This document shows, one piece after another, positions 26,984-35,151 of a DNA stretch of 64,000 bases (its first letter is position 1; each line of letters starts with the position of its first letter). This DNA is from an uncultured Solirubrobacterales bacterium (GTDB lineage: Bacteria; Actinomycetota; Thermoleophilia; Solirubrobacterales; 70-9): NCBI GenBank assembly GCA_963716735.1, contig OY970321.1, positions 2,210,021 through 2,274,020 on the forward strand. Reading direction: 5' to 3'. The notes under the pieces are model-generated. The model ran no database searches. It saw only the letters and a program-made list of their open reading frames with translations, and was not told where the DNA came from. A program made the translations under genes and the position numbers.

Positions 26984-28727
26984 TCGGTTCGGCCCAGTAG
27001 GGGACGGGTCCCCATCGGCTGAGCCGGGTTTCGCACTGCCGCTTCGAGGTGACATGCAAAGCGACCCCCCGAGCGGGGCTGACGAAGTAGACGGGGTGTC
27101 GTCCTTCTCCATACGGAGCGACGAGTTCTCCCAGCTGCGTGATTCCACGGGTGCCGCAGGCGACGTCTTCGTCGAACGGCGACGCGAAGTCAGGCCTTAT
27201 CGGGCTTTCGTATTCGATCACTCCGCGAAAGTCCCAGGTTTGGGCGAAGACCGGAATCCAGCCTTGCTCCCATCTAGGAGTATCGAAGCCCATGACCCGG
27301 GCGGTCGTGGGTACGTTGCGTAGGCCCTTGCGAAGTCCAGGAAGAGTCCTCTTCTGGATGCTCCATGAAGCAAGCCAGGCGTCCTGGTGTTCGGTGCTTA
27401 CGGCGAGCTGATGCTTTGCCGCGGCAGCGAATACGAGGAGCACGGCGAGGGGTGCAGCCGGAGCCCAGGGAGACCACCGTCGAACCAGCTCATACAGAAG
27501 GCCCAAGACCGCGACGAACGCGAGTACATAGGGAATCGTGCCCGGCAGATTGAGGCGGTTATTGGTGCTGAAGTACTGCAGCAGGTAGGTGTCATTGGCC
27601 GTGAGGAAGATCAGGGAGCATGCGATCGCGGCGACGGCTGCCGCCAGGAGCACAACCCACCACCGGATCAGCCGATGTCTCATGCTTGGAACGGCGAGGG
27701 TCACCGTCGCCGCTGCGAGGACGATGCATCCCAGGGCGATCAGCCCAAAGCGCGGCGCATATAAGTAGCGCCAGCTATCCCATGCACCTTCGACCAGGAC
27801 ACCGGCTCGCGTCACGAGCTGGCCAGTCGTACGTTCGGTCATGAAGGCCGGATCGTTGGTTGGTGCGACCACCAAACGGTAGAAGACGAACGCCATGACC
27901 AAGCCCAGGTCGGCGAGCCAGCGAATGAATGCTTTTCTGCTGCGGAAGATGGCGAGGTACACGGCCCCCTGGACTGCGATGAGCGGGACCGCAATCTCAT
28001 AGGTGGCCATGGCGATCAGGGCGAGCGCGGCCGAAAGACCGTGCAGGGCCCAACTCCGCCGGCCCTCCGGTCGATCCAGGGCCCGGATGGCGATCATCAG
28101 GCTCGCCATCTGAAGCAGGATCACGTACAGGCCGATGGTTGCGATCGGCCACAGTCGACTCGAGTCCGCGCCCGGAAAGAGGATGATCGCGCCGCCGATT
28201 GCCAGGCACCAAAGTCTGGCCAAGCCGGCCCGGCGAGCAACCGCATATGCGATGGCGACGATCGCGAAGAGCAGCACGATCGGAAGAACGTGATACGCCC
28301 ATTTGTGTCCTCCGAAAGCAGACCACTGCCCCGCCTGGTAGAGGCAGGCAAGCTTACGGCCGCCCGGGATCGTTTCCATGCACGTGTTCATCCCCGCCCA
28401 TAGCGACCCCTGTGACTTCTGTTCCGCATACACGGTCCAGTCATCGAGGAACCAGCCTGCCTCGGTCGCATAAGGCAAGTACAGTGCCAGCGTCAGCAAG
28501 AGCAAGCCGAGTAAGCAGGCAAAGTCGGCCAACGAGTACCGTGGCCACCCGCCGTTGCTGGACTCCGTATCCGGGGCCAATGACCTGGTCGTATCGATTT
28601 TTCGAGGAGGCGCTTTGGGGCTGGCTGCCATTGGCCGCATTACGCTACTTGTTGGCTCGGGTCGAGCGATCGCAAGCAGCGCCGGGGCTAGGACTCTGCA
28701 CCAGGCGGCTGCAAGTCGCCGATTCAT
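26973..28727 (-). CDS. Polytopic membrane protein, possible GT-C-type glycosyltransferase (paralog of 2481-4148)
   Basis: 584-aa ORF with more than 10 hydrophobic segments. WFLDDWTVY follows the first TM and IRALDRPEGRR comes later. The C-terminal ~130 aa are soluble. Start uncertain (ATG 28727, 28640 or 28631). Confidence 0.7.
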   Translation of the reverse strand: MNRRLAAAWCRVLAPALLAIARPEPTSSVMRPMAASPKAPPRKIDTTRSLAPDTESSNGGWPRYSLADFACLLGLLLLTLALYLPYATEAGWFLDDWTVYAEQKSQGSLWAGMNTCMETIPGGRKLACLYQAGQWSAFGGHKWAYHVLPIVLLFAIVAIAYAVARRAGLARLWCLAIGGAIILFPGADSSRLWPIATIGLYVILLQMASLMIAIRALDRPEGRRSWALHGLSAALALIAMATYEIAVPLIAVQGAVYLAIFRSRKAFIRWLADLGLVMAFVFYRLVVAPTNDPAFMTERTTGQLVTRAGVLVEGAWDSWRYLYAPRFGLIALGCIVLAAATVTLAVPSMRHRLIRWWVVLLAAAVAAIACSLIFLTANDTYLLQYFSTNNRLNLPGTIPYVLAFVAVLGLLYELVRRWSPWAPAAPLAVLLVFAAAAKHQLAVSTEHQDAWLASWSIQKRTLPGLRKGLRNVPTTARVMGFDTPRWEQGWIPVFAQTWDFRGVIEYESPIRPDFASPFDEDVACGTRGITQLGELVAPYGEGRHPVYFVSPARGVALHVTSKRQCETRLSRWGPVPYWAEPISG

Positions 28728-28740
28728 ATGATGGCTCGCA

Positions 28741-31700
28741 GTGAGTGACGAGCGGACGCCAATCCTCTATCTCGCCCCTTGGGTTGACCTCGGTGGCTCC
28801 GACAGGGGGACGATCGATTGGTTCAAGAACATCGATCTGAGCCGCTGGGCGCCTTCGCTGATTACCACTACTCCCTCGCCCAATCGATGGCTGCACCACG
28901 TCGAACCGTACGCCGAGGAGATCTGGAACCTTCCCGACTTGATGCCGGGTGCCGCCTTTCCCGAGTTCATCCTCGGCTTCATCGAGAGTCGTCAGGTCGG
29001 GGTCGTCCACATCATGAACTCGCGGCTCGGCTACGACCTGCTGCCGGACATGACCTGCCTGCCCGAACCTCCGGCGATCGTCGTCCAGCTGCATGCCGAG
29101 GAACCGAACCAGACCGGCTACGTCCGCTACGTGACGCGCCGCTACGGCAACCTGATCGATTCCTTCTCCGTCGTCAGCGAGAACCTCAAGCAGACGATCG
29201 TCGACTATGAGATCCCGCCCAGCCGGATCGAGGTGATCTATCTGGGCGTCGACAGCCGGGAGGAGTTCGACCCCGAGCGGGTCGAGCCCCTGGAGCTGCC
29301 GGGCAACGGCGCCAGCAGGATCCTCTGGCCCGGTCGCCTGGTCGAGCAGAAGGACCCGATGTTGACCCTCGAGGTCCTCGCTCGGGTTCGGGAGCGGGAC
29401 GAGGATTTCGTTCTCGACGTCGTCGGCGACGGCCACCTGAAGGAGCCTGCTCGTGCCCGGGCCGAGGAGCTCGGCGTCGCTGACGTCATCCAGTGGCACG
29501 CGCCTTCCCAGGACATGGCTCGCTGGTATCGCAGCAGCGACCTGCTGCTGATGACGAGCGTCTACGAGGGTATTCCGCTGGTGATCTACGAGGCCCTGGC
29601 GATGGGCGTCCCGGTTGTCGCGCCGGCCCTGCCGGGCAACGTCGAGTTCATGGATGCCGACAGCGGTGTGCTGGTCGATCCACGCGACGACGTCGATCGC
29701 TACGCCGAGGCGATCGTCTCTCTGCTCGGCGACGATGAGCGGCGGCGGGAGATGGGCGAGCGCTCACGCAAGCGCATGCTCGAGCAGTTCTCCCTGGCGG
29801 AGATGGGGCGCCGCCACGACGCTCTGTACGAGCGCTTGCTGTCGGAACAGACGGCGAGCAGCCGCTGGCGCAACGAGGAGCTGTTCGGCGAAGAGGACCC
29901 CGGGCATCGCGAGCCGAGTAGCGCCCCGCCGGCTCCGCTGAGACTTTCGCGCGACCCGCTGCCGGAGCCCACCGTCGGTGTGATCGTTCCCTGCTACCGG
30001 CACGGAATCTTCCTCGACGCCTGCATCGCCTCGATCAAGGCTCAGACGCTGACTCCGTCGCAGATCGTCGTCGTCGACGACGGCTCTAAGGATGCTGAGA
30101 CCGTTGCGGCGCTCGCTCGCCTCGACGACGACCCCCAGGTGACGGTCCTGCGCCAGCCGCGGAACTCAGGGCCGAGCGCCGCGCGCAACCGGGCGCTCGC
30201 GCAGCTCAAGACCAGCTACTTCCTGCCGATCGACGCCGACGATGAGCTGTTGCCCGATGCGCTGGAGCGCATGCTGGCGCAGTTGGAGGGAGCACCCGAA
30301 GAGGTCGGCTTTGTCTACCCGAATGCGCAGCACGTCGGCAACCAGATGAACTACGTTCAATCGCCGGCCTACAACGTCTGGCTGCTGATGGAGCAGAACT
30401 ACTGCCCGGCGCCGGCGCTGTTCGATCGCCGCCTGTTCGAGGGCACCGGTGTTTCCTATCCGGAGGAGATAGTGGTTGGCCACGAGGACTGGGATCTGAT
30501 CCTCCAGCTGGCGGAAAGGGACGTGCGCGGGATCCCCGCCAACGGGCCCACCTTTCTCTACCGCAAGCAGGGCTTCAGTCGTGTCCACGCCGTCGACTAC
30601 GGACCCGAATCCTTCGAGAAGACGATCGAGCGGCGTCACCCACATCTGTATCTGGACCGCGACGATCTCAAGGCCAAATGGGCGCCGGCGCTGAGCCTCG
30701 TGCTGCTCGACGAGGAGGGGGACACCTGGAAAGCAGACGACCTCTCGGGGTTGACGCGGCAGACCTGCCGGGATTTCGAGCTGCTGGCGGGAACCGATCT
30801 GGGCGGCCGGGTCCGCCTCGTCGAGGGCCCCGGCAAGCTCTCGATCGCTTGGCTGCAAGCGGCGATCGACCGCGCCCGCGGGCGCTGGATCCTGCTTCTG
30901 CCTCACTCCGCTTTCCCGATACTCGAATCGTCCTCCTTCGTCGAGCAGCTCATCCACGCTTTCTCCGCGAACGAGGGTGCCACCGCCATCGTGCTGGCCG
31001 ATTCAACGGAGATCGCCCGCCCGCTCTTCTCGCAGCTCGACAACGCCGAGCGCTTGCGGGCACAGCCGGCGGCGATCGCCTTCGAACGTCCGTTGTGGGG
31101 TCGGGTGCCCGAGATCACCCTCGGCGTCGAGGCATCGTTGTTGGCGGACCTCGTCGTCGGTTTGAGGGTTATCGGCCCGGCACAGTGGCGGGTCGCTCCA
31201 GGCGTTGACGGTGGTGGCCCTTGGAGGCAGCGCGTCGAGCCCGAGGACCACCCCGCGATGATCGACGTCAACGTGCCCGTTCCTGCGGACAAGGCGGATG
31301 CGGCGATGCGGCACATGGTCGCCCACCAGCCGCCGCGGCTGCCCGAGCTGACTCCTGGCACCGTGCGGCGGTGGAAGCAATCGGAGCCCTGGACTCCCCC
31401 TCAGACGCGGTTGCTTTGCCGCCATCTAGACCTGAAGACCGGTTTCCGGATGATCACGCCAGAGCGCAAGCCCCCGTCTGGGTACCGCTTCGAGCGCGTA
31501 CTCGGCTGCACCCAGATCTTTGCTGCCCCAGGCATGAGCCGCTTGGTTCACGCCAACCACAGCTTCGAGCTGACAGATGAGCAGGGCGCGCTACCCGACG
31601 GACAATTCGACATGGGGTACGTGGAGCAGCAGCCGCTGCCGCAGCTCGAGGGGCTGGAGCTGCGGCGAGTGCCGGAGACCGGCCAGGAGATCCTCGTGGC

Positions 31701-32340
31701 CGGTCCCGACGATCCGCTCATCTACAACTCGGAGCAAATTGCGTTCCTGGGCTGGATCGAGGCATGTCCGATCCTCCCGCGTGCGAGCGAGATCATCCAT
31801 ACAGGCCCCTGGGCGGTGGTCGCGCTCCATCGCCGGGTCAACCGCGCGGTGTGGAAGCACAGCTATCGTGCCGACTCGCCGCTGCGGGCGGAGGGGGAGG
31901 GAATCGCGCTGGGCTTGCTTCAGCGCCACGCCGGTCCCGGGGCGGTTGCGCTCCGACTTCGGTCCGACGGCCGCCTCGCCAGCGAGCTCGTCAACCCGGG
32001 ACGCGCCAGCCGTGACCCGCGCAAGATCGGGCGTTGGGTCGCAGAGCCGCTGCACGCAGAGGATGCTGGACATCGAGCTGTCGGCGCCGGATCACGTCTG
32101 CGCCACCTCGCGAGCAACTTTCGAGGGCGTCGCCTCGCGACGGAGGAGGGCGAGGTTCTCGGCTATCTACGGCGCCAGACCATGTCCGGCTGCAGCACCC
32201 TCTACAGCACGATCCACCCTGTCACCGGCGATCAGCTCGTCACCCGCTTCCCGTCCGAGGCGATAGACGCCGGCTATGTGATGGACGGCATCCTGGGGGC
32301 GATCTTCGATCCGCCCGGCGATTCGACTCGAACTTTCTAG
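28741..32340 (+). CDS. Giant multidomain glycosyltransferase (GT4 + GT2 + ~550-aa C-terminal region of unknown function)
   Basis: GTG 28741. GT4: ILYLAPWVDLGGSDRG...SVYEGIPLVIYEALAMGVPVVAPALPGNVE. GT2: VGVIVPCYRHGIFLDACIASIKAQTL...VVVDDGSKD...PIDADDEL...EDWDL. From about residue 650 I recognise no catalytic motif. Confidence 0.8.
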   Translation: MSDERTPILYLAPWVDLGGSDRGTIDWFKNIDLSRWAPSLITTTPSPNRWLHHVEPYAEEIWNLPDLMPGAAFPEFILGFIESRQVGVVHIMNSRLGYDLLPDMTCLPEPPAIVVQLHAEEPNQTGYVRYVTRRYGNLIDSFSVVSENLKQTIVDYEIPPSRIEVIYLGVDSREEFDPERVEPLELPGNGASRILWPGRLVEQKDPMLTLEVLARVRERDEDFVLDVVGDGHLKEPARARAEELGVADVIQWHAPSQDMARWYRSSDLLLMTSVYEGIPLVIYEALAMGVPVVAPALPGNVEFMDADSGVLVDPRDDVDRYAEAIVSLLGDDERRREMGERSRKRMLEQFSLAEMGRRHDALYERLLSEQTASSRWRNEELFGEEDPGHREPSSAPPAPLRLSRDPLPEPTVGVIVPCYRHGIFLDACIASIKAQTLTPSQIVVVDDGSKDAETVAALARLDDDPQVTVLRQPRNSGPSAARNRALAQLKTSYFLPIDADDELLPDALERMLAQLEGAPEEVGFVYPNAQHVGNQMNYVQSPAYNVWLLMEQNYCPAPALFDRRLFEGTGVSYPEEIVVGHEDWDLILQLAERDVRGIPANGPTFLYRKQGFSRVHAVDYGPESFEKTIERRHPHLYLDRDDLKAKWAPALSLVLLDEEGDTWKADDLSGLTRQTCRDFELLAGTDLGGRVRLVEGPGKLSIAWLQAAIDRARGRWILLLPHSAFPILESSSFVEQLIHAFSANEGATAIVLADSTEIARPLFSQLDNAERLRAQPAAIAFERPLWGRVPEITLGVEASLLADLVVGLRVIGPAQWRVAPGVDGGGPWRQRVEPEDHPAMIDVNVPVPADKADAAMRHMVAHQPPRLPELTPGTVRRWKQSEPWTPPQTRLLCRHLDLKTGFRMITPERKPPSGYRFERVLGCTQIFAAPGMSRLVHANHSFELTDEQGALPDGQFDMGYVEQQPLPQLEGLELRRVPETGQEILVAGPDDPLIYNSEQIAFLGWIEACPILPRASEIIHTGPWAVVALHRRVNRAVWKHSYRADSPLRAEGEGIALGLLQRHAGPGAVALRLRSDGRLASELVNPGRASRDPRKIGRWVAEPLHAEDAGHRAVGAGSRLRHLASNFRGRRLATEEGEVLGYLRRQTMSGCSTLYSTIHPVTGDQLVTRFPSEAIDAGYVMDGILGAIFDPPGDSTRTF

Positions 32341-33632
32341 CTCGAACTCCTCCGCCGACGGAGTGCAGCGCCGGCCTTGCGCATCGGAGCCGTCATTCGC
32401 CAGGAGCGCGATTCGAGTATCTCGGCGAGCGCGGCCGCGGAGTGCTCGTCGGCCGGCGGGTCAGGCGCGCTGCCGCCGCTCAGCGGTGGCGGGCCCGGCA
32501 GGTGACGTCGCCGGTAGCTCGGGGGCAGGCCGAAGCCTCGTTTGCTCCTTTCCACGACCCCTTCGACGGCGGGCTCCAGGTCGGCGCGGCCCGCGGCCCG
32601 GACGGCGTCGAGCACGTCTTCCCAGAGGGTGAGGACGAGGATCTGTTTGGTCTTGAACGTGGCGAGATTCTGCAGGTCGAGGTCAGGCGGGAAGGTTTGA
32701 ATTCCGGAGCGAACGCCGAACGCCTCCAGGGTGATCATGGTCATCAGGCACTTCCGGCAGCGGCCGCAGTTGTAGGCGCTCCCACGGTTCTCCCAGCAGA
32801 CGCGAAGCGTTCGCTGCACCAGCGGGTGGCCGGCGATCCTTTTCGTTCGCTCGGCTCGTGAGTAGCGCCCGCCATCGTCGACGATTTCGAGCTGCTCGCT
32901 GTTCCAGAGGTGGTCGACGAGCCGGGCCGAGCCGATCGGAGGACCGTCGACCTCATGGTCCATGCCGCTGGCGAGCAGCACCCTTTCGAACCTGGGTGCC
33001 AGGAAGTGGGCCACCGCCATGCAGGCGCTGGCGTAGTAGGCATCCCAGAGCACCAACGGGTCGGAGAGCTCCCTCAGGTCGGTTTCGACCACGTGCAGAG
33101 TGAGGCCCAATTCTTCGGCCACCTCACGCACACGTGCTTCGACCTCGGGAGCGACCTCCGCGTGGTGCGTTGCCCCCGGGATCAGATCGAACCCACGGGC
33201 AAAGATGAGGTCGGTGATCTCGGGATGGTCGAGCAGCGTCGACCAGGAGTCGACCCCGCCGCTGAAGAAAGCCGCGACACGACCGGGTTCCCGCGGGGCC
33301 TCAGGCGCACGCGTGGGCGCGATCACCTCCACCTCCTCGAACGGGGGTTCGCCGAACTCCCAATCGAGCGACCAGGCGCGCTGGACCGCCTGGTACTCCC
33401 GCTGAGATCGCAGAACTCTTGGGCTGACCGGCCCAGGCAGCGTGAGGGTGCCACCGAAGCGCATCGCCGGCATCAGGCACGCGGCGAGCGCCGGGTCGGC
33501 GCCGGTGGCGGTCTCGCCACCCTCCGCCCGCATCCGCACGCGCCGGTCGTGTCCGCCCAGCCGCGCGCGGAAGCTGAGCTCGCCCGGCGAGCAGTTCAGC
33601 TCGGTGACCTCGTGATGGTCCGTCGCGGCCAC
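32337..33632 (-). CDS. PP-loop (SGGxDS) ATP-pyrophosphatase-like protein, QueC-like Cys cluster, SWRMTAPMR tail
   Basis: AAFFSGGVDSWSTLL (PP-loop) and VCWENRGSAYNCGRCRKCLMTMITLEAFG (CxxCxxC as in QueC-type enzymes). An N-terminal ~125 aa and a C-terminal Pro-rich linker plus LESRSWRMTAPMRKAGAALRRRR are unassigned. Confidence 0.65.
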   Translation of the reverse strand: MAATDHHEVTELNCSPGELSFRARLGGHDRRVRMRAEGGETATGADPALAACLMPAMRFGGTLTLPGPVSPRVLRSQREYQAVQRAWSLDWEFGEPPFEEVEVIAPTRAPEAPREPGRVAAFFSGGVDSWSTLLDHPEITDLIFARGFDLIPGATHHAEVAPEVEARVREVAEELGLTLHVVETDLRELSDPLVLWDAYYASACMAVAHFLAPRFERVLLASGMDHEVDGPPIGSARLVDHLWNSEQLEIVDDGGRYSRAERTKRIAGHPLVQRTLRVCWENRGSAYNCGRCRKCLMTMITLEAFGVRSGIQTFPPDLDLQNLATFKTKQILVLTLWEDVLDAVRAAGRADLEPAVEGVVERSKRGFGLPPSYRRRHLPGPPPLSGGSAPDPPADEHSAAALAEILESRSWRMTAPMRKAGAALRRRRSSS

Positions 33633-33638
33633 GCTCGT

Positions 33639-35144
33639 TCAGTGCGAGCCCTCGCCGCGCACGATCGCGGCGGGGGTGCGCAGCAGGATCGCCAGGTCGC
33701 CGGCGACGGAGATGTTGTCGAGGTAGTCGCGCTCCATCGCCAGCCGCTCCTCGAAGGTCAGGTCGGCGCGGCCGTATACCTGCATCGGGCCCGTCATCCC
33801 CGGCTTGACCGCGAGCCGGATCCGCTGGCGCTCGTCGTAGAGGGCGACGACCGCTTCCTCCTCCGGCCGCGGGCCGACCAGCGACATGTCGCCGCGCAGG
33901 ACGTTGACGAACTGCGGCAGCTCGTCGAAGCTGAAGCGGCGCAGCATGCGGCCCACACGGGTGACGCGGGGATCGTCGGCGATCTTGAAGGCGGGCTCTT
34001 TGAGCTTCTCGAGGTCGACCAGTTCGCCCAGCTGCTCCTCGGCTCCCTGGACCATCGTGCGGAACTTGAGGACGGTGAAGGGCTTGCCGTCCTTGCCGGC
34101 CCGCCTCTGCCGGAAGAGCACCGGCCGGCCCGAGTCGAGCAGGATCAGCACCGAGCTGACGAGCAGCACGGGGGAGAAGAGCACGAGCAAAAACGCGCTG
34201 ATCGTCACGTCCATGAATCGCTTCAGCGCTTCGGTCGAGCGTGGCGGATCGGAGAAGCGGAAGTCGAGGACTGGTAGCTCGGCGAGCCGGTTCAGCTCGA
34301 TGCCGGGCCCGAGCAGGCCGAAGTGCTGGGGCAGGAAGGTGAGCGCCAGGCCGGCGGCCTTGCACTGCTCGATCAAGCGCTCCGCCGCCGCCTCGCTCAT
34401 CTCCTGCTCGGTCACGATCACTCGCTCGACGTCGTGTTCGCGGGCGACGCGGGAGATGTCGCCGATCGATCCGAGGCGCGGCAGTCCGCCCATCCGGGGT
34501 GCGGCGTCCTCTCCGCGCGGCGTCAGGTAGCCGACCAGGTGCAGCCGGGTCTCCGGGTGGGTGGCGACCCGGCGGGCGACCACGGTGATCGCCGCCGCCG
34601 GCCCGACCACGATCCCGGTCGCGGCCCCGGCCAGGCGGTGCCAGAAGAAGCGCAGGACGGCGCGTGAGGCAAAGGCACCGATCAGCGCGCCCAGGCCGAC
34701 GGCGATCGCGCTGGCCGCCGCCAGTGGCCCTACCGGGCTCAGCGCCAGCAGCCCGTCCAGTGCCAGCGTCCCCAGAGCCGCCGCCGAGATCAGGCTGGAG
34801 AGCTCGTCGAGGGTGCTGTGGCGGATGCGGCGGTGGTCGTTGTCGTAGAGGCCGTGCAGCTTCAGCACGAGGATCCAGACCGGGCTGAACATCGTCGCCC
34901 AGAAGAGCGTGCCGACATCGGTCTCCGGGCTCGCCGCAGTGACGATGCAGAGCGTCGCCACCATGGTCAGCCAGTCGCCGGTTGCCAGCATCCGCCGCAG
35001 CAGCGAGCCACGCCGCCGCGCTCCGCCGGCGCCGGTCAGTCCCAGCCGGGTTGCCGCCTCGGTTCTGCCACCACGCGGGTCCGGCCCTGGCTGTTGTGCC
35101 GGCGAGGTCATACGGGTTGGGGTCTCCTGCGCCTTGCTCGTCAT
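33639..35144 (-). CDS. Polyprenyl-phosphate sugar phosphotransferase (WbaP/WsaP/CpsE-type initiating enzyme)
   Basis: N-terminal TM block, central Rossmann-like region, and a C-terminal bacterial sugar transferase domain. Motifs: LKRFMDVTISAFLLVLFSPVLLV...RRAGKDGKPFTVLKFRTM...DELPQFVNVLRGDMSLVGPRP. The start is taken at ATG 35144 (MTSKAQ); the track start 35189 is TTG. Confidence 0.88.
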   Translation of the reverse strand: MTSKAQETPTRMTSPAQQPGPDPRGGRTEAATRLGLTGAGGARRRGSLLRRMLATGDWLTMVATLCIVTAASPETDVGTLFWATMFSPVWILVLKLHGLYDNDHRRIRHSTLDELSSLISAAALGTLALDGLLALSPVGPLAAASAIAVGLGALIGAFASRAVLRFFWHRLAGAATGIVVGPAAAITVVARRVATHPETRLHLVGYLTPRGEDAAPRMGGLPRLGSIGDISRVAREHDVERVIVTEQEMSEAAAERLIEQCKAAGLALTFLPQHFGLLGPGIELNRLAELPVLDFRFSDPPRSTEALKRFMDVTISAFLLVLFSPVLLVSSVLILLDSGRPVLFRQRRAGKDGKPFTVLKFRTMVQGAEEQLGELVDLEKLKEPAFKIADDPRVTRVGRMLRRFSFDELPQFVNVLRGDMSLVGPRPEEEAVVALYDERQRIRLAVKPGMTGPMQVYGRADLTFEERLAMERDYLDNISVAGDLAILLRTPAAIVRGEGSH

Positions 35145-35151
35145 CGTCGGC

